A stretch of 64,000 nt of DNA from the human T2T-CHM13v2.0 reference genome, Homo sapiens. Numbering within the stretch: position 1 is the first letter of the stretch; each line of letters begins with the position of its first letter. The stretch is taken from NCBI RefSeq assembly GCF_009914755.1, contig NC_060932.1. The stretch is one strand, 5' to 3'. Of this stretch, positions 32,875 to 47,600 are shown one piece after another. The notes under the pieces are model-generated. The model had not been told where the DNA came from and made no database searches. It saw nothing but the letters and a program-made list of their open reading frames with translations. The translations under genes were made by a program, and so were the position numbers.

Positions 32875-33286
32875 TGTGATGGATAGTTTTATGTGTCAAC
32901 TTGGCTGGGCTATTAGTGCCAGTTATTTAATTAACTATTTTATAGGTATGGATAACATCTACACTCAGTTGACTTGTAGGCCTCATCCAATAAATTTGAA
33001 GACCTTAAGAGCACAACTAAGTTTCCTGGGGGGAAAAAAAAGAAATTCTTTCTCAAAACTTCAGCAACTCCTGCCTCAGTTTCTAAGCTATTAACTTGCC
33101 CTATGGACTTTGGACTTATCAGCCCCCACCATTGCATGATTCAGTTCCTTAAATTAAATAAAGCTCTATAGATAGATAGATGGATAAGGAAGACAGAGAG
33201 AGAGAGACAAAAGAGAGAGACAGAGACAGAGAGAAAGAGAGATATCCTATTGGTGCTGTTTCTCTGGAGAACCCTGACTGATATAC
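32875..33286 (+). mobile_element. ERVL LTR (MLT2-like) with an internal (GA)n/(GATA)n tract
   Basis: Starts tgtgatggatagttttatgtgtcaacttggctgggcta and ends cctattggtgctgtttctctggagaaccctgactgatatac, typical MLT2 termini. Confidence 0.8.
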
Positions 33287-35752
33287 CCATGGAGGGCTAA
33301 GGGAATATTACCTTTTATTGCAACATTAATTTAATCTAATTTACAATAACACACTCGGGAGATTTTTAAATTAAAAAGATATTAGTATTTAAGATGTTAT
33401 CACCATTTATGGTTTTTCATTTTTTTCTAACAAAAATTCTTTTGGACAATCTGTAAACATAATTGTATTAATTCATTTTTCATCATTTATTTATGATTTA
33501 TCACTATTTGATTACATTTAATTTGAGAACAGAGTTGATACTTATTCTTCTTGATTAATTTATAGTCAATTAGAGAATTTTGCACTATATTGCATCTTGA
33601 ACTTAAACATAGCTGTTTCCCCCCATATTTCTTTGTTATAAAATATTACCTGGCATTTTTGACCTCAAATGAGCCAGTGTCATATGCTGTAGTACTGGAG
33701 TTCATATTCTATATAAAACTTATGTTTGCAGAATAAAATGAAATTTAGTGTTTAAAGAAGAGATACAGGTTAAATCCTTCCAGCTATGGTGCCTCAAAAA
33801 CTAATTTTTGTTTCATCAATGAATAAGATTCAGAAATATAATTACCTATAAGTAATCTAAATAATTAAGAAAAGTTTCCTTATTTGACTGAGGCTAAAAC
33901 ATAGCTGTAGAAGATATTTAAGGTTAATGAGCACAGGCTATTATAATCATAGGCCAAGTGTTAAAGCTATTAATCATTGCGAGTAGAGAACACCATCTAA
34001 AATAGAATTTCATCTTCTGTTATCATCAAATTATTCAGTATCACTCACCATATGTCCAACTGTTTATAGCTGCTAAATTTATTTGATCATCCATCATTAG
34101 AATTTTAATAAAGAAGATTACCCTACCTGTGAAATCTTGTGCAATATCAAGTCAACATGTTTTGATTTTGAGTACTTGTAAACATAAAATGCATTGATTT
34201 GCTGCGAACATAATTAAAACCTTCTGATCTCATACTAAATATCCTTCCATTTGTATAAAACCTTTCCAAAAAGTAGAGAATATCTTCAGCTTGTTTCAAC
34301 ACACATAAAAATATATATGCTTTTAATGTATTTGTTTGTGGTTTTAATTTTAAAAACAGCATGGCAAGTCAATATTTATACATTTATGGTATTGTGCTAT
34401 TAAACTCTTAAAGCTTTTCTGAACATATTTCATAATCACATCAGAGAGAATTAGTCAGTGGTACATTTTTCTCATAACCAATGCCAATGGGCTGATTATT
34501 GATCATATTCCAGCTTTTGGCAATTTAATTTGATTATTATTTTAGGTATCACCCTCACAATCTCTCCAAAATTCAGATGCCGTCTGAAAAGTAAGAACTG
34601 TGATTGCATTTTAGTTAGATAAAACCATGTTGTTTTCTGCATGAATCAATGTTTTAATAAACCAACAGAGGTCTCATAGCATCAAAACCACTACGCAATT
34701 AGTTGCAAGGCCTATAATAACTAGAATTTCATATTTTCTATTTGTATTCTAGCAAGTTTTATGGCAATTCCTATGCTGACCACATCAAAAAACGACAGAA
34801 ATATTCTACTTTTGTCAAAAGGTCCAGGTCTTAAAAGGTAAGTCAAATTGCACATTAAATATGTGTAGTTTTTTGTATATCAATTATACCTCAGTACACC
34901 TTCTAAAAATAAAAGATTTGAGTCAATTTTATCCATATAGGCCTGACACAGAATGGATTTCTGCCTCTATAAATGCCATCAAAAAAAGAAAGGCTGAAGA
35001 ATCACTGCATATATGTTCTCTGCTGGAGAGTTAGTGTTTTGCTACAAAGTTGTTTTCCTTTGTTGTCCTAGTATTCCAATCGACACCTACTTGGTCTTTA
35101 GAGCAGAAAAGAAAAAGAGAAAAAGAGAGATCTCTATCCACACCTGTCAATATTTGTCTATCTACCTTCCCACCCCCACCTACCCATCTATGCATTAACT
35201 AATCTACAAGATGGTAGGAATAAAATGGTACCCCAGCTATGCAAAGAAGACAGAAAATGATCATTCTCTAGCTTCACGAAAGCAATATATCTTATGTCAC
35301 TCTCACATTCCTTTTCCTACTGAAATTGAGTGCTATGCTGTAACATGCATGAGAAAAGAGAATAGGTTACTGTTTTCTCTAATCCACCTTGATTCCACAA
35401 TAGGTAATAATTTTGTAAATTAAAAAAATCTGGCCAATGCAATTCAATAAATGTGTATAATTAAAAGTCTTAACATTTTAGTAATGAGTTCCATTTTATG
35501 TCGAGGTAGCAGAAATAAAATGACTTCAAAGAGACCATATTGTCCCCCACAAACTAGAAGATTATGGGAGGAATAATGAATAAAGTTATGAAAAGGACCT
35601 TTTCATTTTCCATTAATTTTCTTTTGACAAATTCAAGCTATGAGTTCATTAATTTCTCGATATAAAGTGTTAGTTCTATGAGGACAGAAAGAATTTCTTA
35701 AAAATGCAAAGAATTTGATAAAGTTTTCACAGAAATATTCAATGAAAATCTA

Positions 35753-35980
<228 letters not shown>

Positions 35981-36258
35981 TTAAAGGCAAAATTTAGGAG
36001 GAGGATTTAAATCTATACAAATCATTCCTTTCCTTTACTATTTTTGATGATTACATACTTATTCTTAGTCATATTGCCCTTACCATATTTAATTTTCGTA
36101 TCATACAACAACCATGCAGACCTTTTTTTTTCTTGAAAATTAAAATGTGTTGTGTTTTTGAAGTTTATCAATGATACCCCATGGTCTATATAATTACCAT
36201 GGCTTGTGGTACTAAGCTTCCTGTCTGCTTCAAGTGATTTAGAGTTAATAGTAGATTC

Positions 36259-37725
36259 TGAGTGATACCATGATATAACAACAAGTATATATTTGTTCTT
36301 TGTCCCTGATTCCTGGCACAGAGCTCCTAAAAGTCTTGGAATTTCTTGAGTGATAAGAGTGAGAGTACAGTTTTTGTTACTTATCATAAGCCATCCATAC
36401 CTAAGTTTCTATAATGAAGTTGTTCCTGGAGGATGGGGGCTTATCGCCAGAGAAACCAACCATATGATTAGAAGGTTGTGTTGGAACTTTCAGTGCCGTC
36501 CCCATGGCCGGGTCATATACATACATCTCCGTGGAGGGGAGAAGGACTGAAGGTTGAGTCAATTACTGAGGAGCAATGATTTAATCAATTATGCCTATGT
36601 AATAAAATCTCCATAATAATCTTAGACAGAGGGGTTCTGAGAGTTTTCAGATTCATGAACACCTCCACATGCTAGAAGGGTGATATACCCCAAATCCCCA
36701 CTCCATGGGGACAGAAGCTCCTGCACTTGGGACCCTTCTGGACCTCAGCTATGTACCTCTTCCTTTGGTAGCTCTTCGTTTGTATCCTTTATAATAAACC
36801 AATAAAGGTGAGTAAATGTTTCCCTGAGTTTTGTGAGCATTCTAGCAAATTATCAAACTCAAGGAGGAAGTTATGGGAAACCCCAATTTATAGCTCGTCA
36901 GTCAGAAATACAAGAGGCCTAGATTTTCAATTGGCATCTGAAGTGTGGGCATTCTTGTCGGATTGAGCCCCTAAACTGTGGGGTCTATATTAACTGCAAG
37001 TAGTGTTAGAATTGAATTGAATTACCAGACATCAAGTCGGTTTCAAGTGTTGGCGCTCAGAACAATATACTCCAAAGTATGGCACTTTGGCATGCTGAGT
37101 GCTTTGAATGAAAAGTGATTAGAAGGCCTCAGAAGCAAGGTCTCTCTGCCCTTCTTCTGCCCTTCTGCCACTTTCTCTCTCCCAAAGCTAGTCATACAAG
37201 CCAGAATTCTTCTTCCCCAAGATGCATCATAAAAACTAGAAAACCTCTCCCCCAAAGCGAGCCACAGAACCTAGAAAGGTCATTTTCTTCCTTCTCCCTT
37301 GAAAACCCTCATTCCATAGGGGTCCTGCCCCATACCCTGGAAAGGAAAGCTCCATAAAGAGGTCAAGAAGAATTTGAACAAACAGGCTTGCTGGGTTTCC
37401 CATTCTCAATCTATTACTGATAGATTATACCTTTTATGTCCAATTACATTTCTACGTAGCTGACCATTCATCACTGAACCGCAGCATAAAAACAGACAGT
37501 TTTTACGGGTTCTTTGGGTCTTTATTTCTGAAGGCTCCCATGTCATATAAAACCATGATCCAATAAATTTATTATGCTTTTCTCTTGTCAAATAGGAATA
37601 TCAGCATGACACATATGAGGGTGACGAAAGGTATCACATCTTTCTATCCCTACACCAGAGAGCTGGATAATTGGTCGGTGCGAGGAAGAAACATACATAT
37701 ATGGCGTCAGAAGGGGTGTGAGCAG
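36259..37725 (+). mobile_element. MER21-like LTR interrupted by a second LTR
   Basis: gatataacaacaagtatatatttgttctttgtccctgattcctggcacagagctcctaaaa... is MER21-like. It resumes after 37655. Confidence 0.7.
37048..37654 (+). mobile_element. MER34/MER39-like solo LTR nested in the MER21-like LTR
   Basis: TG...CA termini: tgttggcgctcagaacaatatactccaaagtatggcactttggcatgctgag ... tttctatccctaca, with AATAAA near the end. Confidence 0.7.
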
Positions 37726-40700
37726 AGAATTGGGTTTTGCATTACTGATCAACATAACTATTAAGATCATATCATCAACATTTTAAAATTAAGACAAAAT
37801 ATGTGAAATAATAACTAGCCAAATGACAAATAATGTCAATTGCAAATATAACTGGACTGCTTTAGTTGTATAACCTTAGAAGAAAGTGAATACTCTCATA
37901 TTTAAAATATACTTTATCAAGCTAATATACTAATCAGCTTGATGAACTCTAAATTTTTATATTCTACTTTCTCCGGAAAAAGCACAGTTCTTAGAAATTC
38001 TCACAGGAAAAAAAATAGAGGCTTCCCACGTGTTGTCATTCTGAGATGTAGAGATAATATTTCTGTGTTTCTACAGGGTTGGGGCTTTCTGAATGAATTT
38101 GCTAAAAACTGAGATCCTGGGCTAAGAGCGACACTTGAGAAGTTAATTTACAACTGTATGAATAGTGAGAAAACTCCAGAGAAATTTATGTAACTGTGAG
38201 GAAGGTTTATGTTTACATTTCAATGAAGAATGAGGCCCAGAAATTTACAGAAATCTCTAGGTTATAAAAGTTTGAGATATGGGAGATTAATATGTCCCTT
38301 AAATAGATATATTTACATTACAAAAGGTTAGAGTAAGAACACATGATCCTTTCCATCCAATCTCCAAGGAGCATAGGTTTTTCTCCCACCTTCCAGGAGA
38401 GGAGAGAGAGAAAGCAGCAGAATAAGCTCATTTGTTTTTCTTCCTTTGTCTATGAAGCCCCTGGCCACTTCTGTAGAAGATTTTTTCATTAGGTATTCAT
38501 GGTGTTGCCCCCAGGAGTAAGGACTAGGTGAAAGGAGAGCTGACACAGACATCATCATCATCATTATATTACTTAATAAGAATCTATCTGCATCCTGAAT
38601 ACCTCATTTGCATATTCAAAGTAAAGTTAATAAAGGTGAATGCTAAAAATCCCAACAGTCTTAACACAACACAATTAAGATTCTGAAGGAACTGGAAAAG
38701 GACACTTCAAAAGATAAACCAAACCTGATATGAACAAATCAAAATCTAAGCTGCCGTAGCTATATAGTTTCTTCTGTTTTTAATATTTTGCAAAATATAA
38801 AAATGTAGGGTAAATGATGTAATAAATACACCAAGGACAATTAGGTGAAAACTTATATTAATTACAGCTTCTGAGGATAGAAAACCTTTAAGAATATTCT
38901 AGATAGTTTTATGAATAAGGAAAATCACTTAAGACAAAAATGCTGGAGAAAAAAAACTTTTACTTGTGTCCTAAATTATATGGTGATCAAAAAGAGATCT
39001 ACATAACTTTTATAGGCATAGATTCTTGACCAAATTAATCTAGATTTGAATTAGAAAGCAAAAAAGTGTATATTAGCTCACTTGTGTCAAATCACTAATT
39101 TGCATCATTGACTTTCTAGATTGTCACAACATACATAAAGTCACAAGAACTTGTATAGTTCTAAGTACTAAGTTTATCCTATTATTTCTGTGAGTTGAGA
39201 TAAACATTATCTCTCAGAGAACATTAGGAGTCTTTCCTAGTCTCTATTAAGGGGTCTTAATCACTTCCTCCTCTGTTAAATCATAGAATTATTTGTACCT
39301 TTGAATTCATTTGCAATGATTGTTTCTTTTCCTTGTTTTTGTATAGCTGAAATTCTTTCCTTTTTTCCCCTCCCTCTTTCTCACAGTACCTATCTAGCAC
39401 AAATCCTGAGACAGGCTAGATGCTCAGTAATGCTCAGTAATGTTCATGATTGAATGTGGATTCTTAGAAACAATTATTTCTAGGAGACAACTGAAAAATA
39501 AAGTAATGCTGATAAGAAACTGAAATTTGAGAGACCATTTTTAAAAATAGTTTCAAGAATTTCCTGAATATCTCAATTTATGATAACCCCATTTGGGTGA
39601 ACATGCAAACAGCATCAGAGACATAGCCATAAAGAGGTTAGCAGTCATTAACTCAAATCATGACATATATAATGAAATGCAATGAAAAAATAGTCAAACA
39701 GGTCAGTCTCTCAAACACAGAAGAAACAGCAGAAGTAGTACTTTAAAATTTCAGAACATATTACTTTGCATGGATCTGCATACTTAATACTACATTTAAA
39801 CGTCTTTGCTCAAAAATTACAAGTTTGCATTTCTTCCAGCAGATATAATATTCAGTTTATCATTCAAGATGCAATGTATTTTGAGTTTTACCATATATCA
39901 TTTCTCAAAATAAAAATGGAAATCAAGCTCTGTTTTCAAGGTTTATTGCCAAATTCATCCTTCCTTAATTTGAATTTTCTGTAAATGTGGTTGGGCATTG
40001 CTGGTGATGAGGTAAAATGGATATATTCTTTGTAAATTAAGACAATTTATAATATTTTGCATTGTAGCTGAAAATGCACATGGACAATAGTATATAAGCT
40101 ACAAAGCACAACATAATTTTGTCCAAATTGGTGGAATTATTGTTGCTTATTCATAAATATGCAGAAATGTCTTATCTTTATGGAAACGTTCAGCTGCTAG
40201 TCTTTTCATTGAAAAGCTCAAATACTTGAAACTGACAATTAAATAAAGATGTGTATGAAAAACCGTATATGCTATAAATATTCAACACTGCTTGTGAAAT
40301 TTTATACGCTGGTGAAATGAAAATTTCTAGAACAAAAATGAACTGATAATCCCCATTACCTAGATGTTTTTGATTTTCTGAATACCTTAAACTGAGATTT
40401 CATTCCTTTCCTGCCACCGTGTAGCATATTTCTCCAAAGATATCTAATATATTTGTAAGTTATTTGAAATCTACAAAAAAATATAAAGGATGACAACAAA
40501 TTCAACCACTAGCTCTATCAGATTCTAGTTTTGTATCATAGTTGTGTCAGACTCAAATCAATGTTAATTCAGATTAATATTCAGATTACCATTCATATTA
40601 ATTCATCTTCACGTTAATATTATTATTACAAAACAAGTTAAAGATTCTTTTGTACTCCTCCCCAGTCTTTCTCTGTTTCTTCCCTGAGAGCTAGCAAATA

Positions 40701-41415
40701 TTCTAATTCAGTTTATTATTCTTGCACATATTTTTTATTACATATCTATACATCAATGAGCAATATATAGTGTTTTGCAAGTGTTCATACATTTTATAAA
40801 TTATATAATGGTTTTAAAAATTCTGTGGCTTCATTTATTGCCTGGTATTGCGTTTTATCTTTATAATTATATACCCAGGCATGCACACATGCGCACACTC
40901 ACACACACACAAACACATTGTATTCATTTTAACTACTCTGTGGTATTCCGTTGGTGACATATTCCCAAACTAATTGATTTTGCAGCATTTATATTGTTTC
41001 CAATTTTTTACTGCTATGAAAATGCTATACTTCTATGTCTCCTTTTGCACATGTACACGTGTTTTTATAGGGCATGCACTATTTAAAGATATAAAGTTCA
41101 CTTTGTCCTCAAGATTCAACCAAAATCTCCTAATCAATTACTTAACTTCTGTCTTGGCTTACTAAAAGATAAATAGTAAAATTTTGACCTCAACATAATT
41201 TCTCTCAATTTGTTTATGAGTAACTATGTATTCACATAGGGTAATGTCATACCTTACTAGCAAAACACTACCAGTAATACAAATAATTTACATCATTTAA
41301 AAATAAAAGTGACATGTGAAAATTCATTTTTAAATGTAATAAAATATATTTTAAGTAACTTAAAAAGACTCTTACTTGCTTTATTTTTTTAATTCAGTTA
41401 AAACATAAATATATA

Positions 41416-42029
41416 CTTTATAAGTTAAATTCCAGAGTATTTAACGGTCAATGAAGATATGTTAGTTTCATGTGCTAATAGTAAAAACTTCCAGATTGCT
41501 AAATAAAAAAAGAAATAGATTGTTAAAAAGGAAATTGGGAAAGTATGTTAGCTAAATACATTAGAGAAATATGCTTGCCAAAACCATATATATTAATAAA
41601 AGTTGATATAATGCAAGGAGACATGAATATTATATTATTATGCAATAATTTTAACCTCTATAGAATTGTTGGTGAACTTAATTCATAATATTAGGCAGAA
41701 TAATTTGGGGGAACTATATTTAATATTTGGTGATTAAATTCCATTTTGGCCATGAGTCTTGCAAGAAAACATCCTATTTTAAAATTCTTTATATTTAAGT
41801 GAAGACCTCTTCATTTATATCAACTTTTATATCAACTTCATTATATCAACTTTTATTAACATATATGGCAAGCATATTTCTCTAACGTATTTAGCTAACA
41901 TACTTTCCCAATTTCCTTTTTAACAATCTATTTCTTTTTGTATTTAGCAATTTGGAAGTTTTTACTATTGCCACATAAAACTAACATATCTTCATTGACC
42001 ATTAAATACTCTGGAATTTAACTATAAAG
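41416..42029. repeat. Long inverted repeat: arms 41416-41613 and 41839-42029, 225-bp spacer
   Basis: Manual alignment of the left arm to the reverse complement of the right arm gives 8 substitutions plus 1-nt and 6-nt indels over about 191 aligned bases. Confidence 0.93.
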
Positions 42030-42878
42030 CAGAATGTCAACTGTGCCACCTCAGAATTCACGAACAGGGAATACTTCAAGATAACAAACAACAGCTGCAA
42101 TAATCCTCTGTGATTGAGATATAATAAAGAATATAAAGGGAATAAAGAAAAAAAGAAAATGGTGAAGAAGAGTTATACTCTTTTTCTCATTAATAGAACT
42201 AATAAAAACAAATTTGACACAACATGTATTTCTCACTAATCAAACTATACAAAAATCAAACTTTAAAGCTACAACTTTAGAAGAATGCTTTAAGAAGACA
42301 ATCCCTTCCAGTTTTTAGTTTATGGAAATTAAGAATTTAAGCAAAAAAAGCTTGTGGAAATTATTACTATGCATTTCCAATTGCTTTCAGGAGTTAAGAT
42401 AAAAGGATCTTTTTTTTTTTTAATGGCAGATGCTTTCATTCCTACATATAAAGTTCTTACTAGAAAATACATTACTGACAGACTTTCCTAAATTTTAATC
42501 TGTTAGACATAATCTAGTAAGTAATATTAAACGGGCTAAGTTTGTATCCTGTACATCATAGATTTGTACCACATTCTAGGTTGGTGATGTTCATCTTTGA
42601 CTGAATATTAACTTGGTCAAAACCAATCAGCATTGGGCATTTGGCCTAAATGTATAGTTGGTGTAATCTAAATATATCCAGAAATTGAATTTTATTAGAT
42701 ATTGCCAAATTAATCTTCTAGGTGACTACCAATTTACATTCCCCAAAGTTTATAAGTTTCAATTTCTGCAAATTGTCATCAGTACTTGGTGTTGTACAGC
42801 TTTCTAACTTGTATTTACTCTGTGAGGGTGTCATAGCATCTTATTTGGGTTTCCATTTTCATTTCTTTTTTCTTTCCA

Positions 42879-43045
42879 TGTCCGATGGGTAATGTGCAGA
42901 CGTTGTAACAAGGTTTGAGGAAGGCACATCTCACACAAGTGTGAAAACCTAATCATCACACTTTTAAACTAAAAAAGAATTGAGGAAGGCACAGCTCACA
43001 CGAGTGTGAAAACCTAATCACCACACTTTTAAACTAAAAAAGAAT
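42879..43045 (-). pseudogene. U13 (SNORD13) C/D-box snoRNA retrocopy with a tandem duplicated 5' 65 nt
   Basis: Reverse complement of 42879-42980 is attcttttttagtttaaaagtgTGATGAttaggttttcacacttgtgtgagatgtgccttcctcaaaccttgttacaacgtctgcacattacccatcggaca, closely resembling U13. It has an A-rich tail and a 12-bp TSD ttttcatttctt at 42856-42867 and 43046-43057. The D box is mutated (CTGA to CGGA). Confidence 0.85.
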
Positions 43046-43271
43046 TTTTCATTTCTTAATACCTATCAAGTTAAGCATTTTTTTATTCTGCTGAACTTCC
43101 CTCTACTGTGAAATTGGTTTTGGCCCATGTTTTTGTTTTAGGTTATTTTTTTTTTTTCTTATTGACTTGTAGGATTTCTTTTTTCTAGAGAGTGCATGTT
43201 TTCCATTATATAAATACCTCCTTTTAAAATGTTTCACTTCTGTTTACAGTGTCCCTTTCTATAGGGAGGTT

Positions 43272-43437
43272 TTCTTGGCCCTTTCCTTTCCTTCTTCCTT
43301 TCCTTCTTCCTCTCCTTCCTTCTTCCCTTCCTTCTCCCCTCCCTTCTCCCCTCCTTTCTCCCCTCCCTTCTCCCTTCCCCTCCCCTTCCCTCTCTTCTCC
43401 TCTCCTCTCCTCTCCTTTCCATTCCTTTCTTTTTTTC
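43272..43437. repeat. Polypyrimidine (CCTT/CCCTT/CTCTC)n tract, H-DNA-capable
   Basis: About 165 nt almost entirely C/T on the + strand. Confidence 0.9.
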
Positions 43438-45169
43438 CGGGACTTGGTCGGGAAAACAGAAGCCTCTTATGTACTGTGTGTAGCTAAGATTCAAAACAAG
43501 AAATTTGAGGCCTTGATGATTTTGGAAATGCAAAGTGTGTGAAAGTCAGAAGACCACTGCTGGCTTTCAGGAAATTCAGCAGTTCAGGGAAACTGCTGCC
43601 ACATCCAACAACCTGACAGCACCATACTCCTGCCTGTAGCTGCTGGTGGAAAATAATGGCTTCTCCATCGATCTCACCTTTCAGCTCTCACAGGTCTGCC
43701 TTTAATTGGCAGAATCTAAGCAGAGATATTTGTTGGCAAGAGAATCTGAAAAATGTAGTTGCCAGATTTTTGGTTTCTACACTTCAAGGAGTGCTTAGAA
43801 GGTCAGAAATGCTACTGATTATTGATGAATTTTTGCTTGTGTATCTTATTTCAGAAATCTTCTTCTACCTTAAAGACACAGCTTTTCTAAGCCACACTTT
43901 TATTTTCTAAACATTTTAAAGTTTTGATATTTACATTTAGGTCTTCAACTTGCCAGAAATTAATTGTATGTAACATGTAAATTAGCAGGTCCTTAGATAT
44001 GTAAGTTTAAATTTACTAAACTTCTATGATGTGAAGGCTATGAAAATAATGATACTTTTATTATTCTAGTATGAAGAAATTTAATATTGTCTATGTAAAT
44101 GACAGTTAATTAAGAAATTTTTCTTTAGTATTTCAGTTAGAATACTTTGGACTATATCACGCAGCATTGATCAATACCTCCCTTATCACCCAGTTTATTT
44201 TGATATTTTAAAAATGTAAGAAATGTCAAATGTATCTGCTAACTGGTTTGTAGGACATAGAACCACATGGAGGGGCTTTGTTGCTCCCTTGTAATTTACT
44301 TATTTTCTACTTGCATTTGCATTAAATGAGTTATATAGTAAGAATAAAGGTAGAGTTAATAAGTCATCTGATAATTTTTTACGATTTACATTGCCAACAA
44401 CAAACCGGTAACTAAATTAAAGACTAATTTATTGTATATTCACAAGGCTAGTATGCAAGAAAAAGCATCACAAATTAGTTAATGCCCATCTTTAATTTGA
44501 ATATAAAATTTGAAATGGCCATGCTCCATGTAGATTATTAAATGATTTCAAGCAACAAAACTGGAAGGCTGAGAACATCCAAATATATTTACAGTTTTCT
44601 CTTGGGATAATGAACATTTCTCCAGTGGGATTTTTTGTAAATTAAATGTGCAGAGGAGATAATAAGAAAACATCTGAGCCCAGAGTACTGACTAATGGCT
44701 GGGCAACATGCATATTTAGCAGGTCAGCTTTTGATAAGACAATAGTATAATCCATCAATAAGTTGCAATTTGGCTCTGTAATAGATGGCTGTTAAAAATA
44801 CTCAATTCCTTTTTACAAAATAAAAGTAGTATAACTACAAGTATATAGGGCTAAAAGAATCTGTAATTAAATAATCTTCAACAAATAGAGTTTAGAGATT
44901 TCATGAACAATATGAATGATAGCAGGAATAAGTCTTTCCCCGATAGTAAATGTAACAAAAATAAAAAAAAATTCAGATTCTCAAAAATAAAATGACAAAA
45001 GTTTCTTTGGGAAGAATTGCACTAACATTATTTCTCTCTCTCTCTTTTTTTTTTTTTTACTCTTACCTGGACAGTTTTAAAAATACATTAAATCTATAAA
45101 ACTTGAAATATATATAAATATATAACACTTCAAATCTATAAAACTTGAAAAACTCAAATCTTGAGTTCA

Positions 45170-45390
45170 GAGCTAGTATAGCATAGTGGTTAGAGACATG
45201 GATTCTAGAGGCAAAGACTCTCAGTTCAATTTCCATGTCTGCACTTGTTAGCTATGTGACCTTGGGTGAGTAAGGTAACTTTGCTATGCTTTTTATTTCC
45301 TCATTTTCTCCCTGGGAATAATAATATTATCTCCCTCTTTGGGTTATGCCTTGCATCTGGTAGGTGGTAGATAAATGTTAGCTGTTGTTA
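45170..45390 (+). mobile_element. MIR relic (similar MIRs at about 27420-27680, 30170-30380 and 60070-60300)
   Basis: tatagcatagtggttagagacatggattctagag...tagctatgtgaccttgggtgag...ttcctcatt, the MIR core. Confidence 0.65.
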
Positions 45391-45488
45391 TTTGTAATTC
45401 TTATATTGAACATTATGATAATGACCAAAGTCTCTATGTGCCTTTTAAATAAAATCCAAGCCCGTACTATACTCCACCTTGCCCCTAA

Positions 45489-46095
45489 TGATATAGGAGT
45501 TAAGAAATTATTTAGGCAGATAGTGAGGGTATGGGAATTCTTGGTAAGTTTTTCCTTTTAATGAAAAGCGGCCACCAAATCATTTTCTTTTCTAACAAAG
45601 AGCAGCTTATAAAATCAAGCTGCAAACATAGACAAGCAAGCTGGACACTTACATGGGTGAATGCTGGCAGTTGTGCCAATAGAAAAAGGCTATTTGGGAC
45701 TAGGCATGTTCAAAATGGTGGCTCCTTCTTCTCTTCTCTTTGCCAGCCATGCATACAGTAAGGAGAAGGCAACATGGTGCAGGCCAGGCAAAGACCCCAT
45801 TTGCAAAATAAGATTAGGGTGGGGCAGCCAGCTTCTGGTGTGTTATGTAAATGTCATACCTGGTTCAACTAATCTTTTGGACCTATGAAAATCAGACACC
45901 ACCTCATAAGCCTGTCTATAAAATCTGGTGTACTCTGCTATGGGCTGGAAGTCCCATTTGGGAACCCCTCTCTCTCACAAGAAAGAGAGCTGTTCTCTTT
46001 GCTCTTTCTTTTGGCTATTAAACCTCTGCTCCTAAACCCACTTCTTGTGTCTTTGACCTAGATTCCCTTGGCATGAGATGATGAACCCCGGTTAT
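45489..46095 (+). mobile_element. ERV1 solo LTR (MER50-like)
   Basis: tgatataggagttaagaaattatttaggcagatagtgagggtatggg..., TATA-like tctataaaa at about 45916, and attaaa at about 46017. Confidence 0.7.
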
Positions 46096-47292
46096 TTGCT
46101 ACTGCTAGTTTCCAACTTTATCACTCATTTTGTCTCATTCTCCTTGCTCATTTAGCTACAGGCATATAACTCAAGCTCAGACTTCTTTTAGGCCTTCGCA
46201 CTTGCTACTCCCTCTGCCTAGAACCCTTTGCCTGTATGTGATTATTCTTTCTTATCACTCAGGTATCAACTCAGATAACATCTCCTTTAAGATGGAGTCT
46301 GAACAAATTAGCTAAAGTGGTCTCATCTGTACTATCTATCCCATTGCCCTGTTTTAAATTACTTCTAAATGTAGTTCTCTTACCTTTTGTTCATAACTTT
46401 CTTTTATGTCTTGCCCCACTAAAAAGTTAGTTTGTTATGGGCAGGAACTTTCTCTTATTAATTGTTCTCTATATTTTCAATATATAATATTCCACTGGGA
46501 AAAGACAAAATTTAAGCCTATGACCAGATTAATAATTTCAATAATAAATAAATTAGTAAATTTCAATAGAAGAGTAAAAGGGAAGATATGCCAGGTGACC
46601 AAGTAGAAATGATATCTCTATAACTTAGCCTTTAGAGAGAGAGTAAAATACACCAGATTTAGAAATCATTCTTGAAATGTGTGTTGAGAGGTTGAAGGGA
46701 TCTGGGCAGAATAACCTACTGGGTTTTGCTGAATTCTGCTATAGGATTATGGAGAACAGAGTGATGTTTTAGGAAGGATACTGTATTGTGATCTCAATTT
46801 CTGATCTGTTTCCCAACTCTAGAAGGAAGTAGTAATTTTCTCTTACCCTACTCCCTGTTCTCTCTCAGAAGAACAGGTATGCCTTTATTGGTTCCTCCTC
46901 ACAGGGAAATTAACAAGTAACTTGTGTCGCGTAAAGTACCTGACATTATGTCTCATTCGGATATTTATTTGGGATGAGTTTCAGATTTCTCAAAAGCAAG
47001 AGTAAATGACAGTAATTGTTTTGAGAATAATGAGGAAGATTAGCCTGACTCAATAAGGGAGTTGGATTCTGGGAGGTTTGAGGGATGGAAGAGCAGTGAA
47101 ATCCCCTAGAGGTCATAAATATCTAAGTGTATCTCACACATGTTTTATATTCAACAGTATAGCTGTCCACACTTTAATTGTCAGATCAAACCAGAGTTGA
47201 CTGAGAAATTTATTTGGGAGAAGAATATTTCCCCAAAAAGACTACATGAGATTTTTCTTGACAACGCTAAAGATGAAGACTGAACAGATTTA

Positions 47293-47600
<308 letters not shown>

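Noticed and set aside
43234-43542. Arg/Glu-rich and Pro/Ser-rich ORFs
   Set aside because: Artefacts of the stop-free polypyrimidine/polypurine microsatellite.
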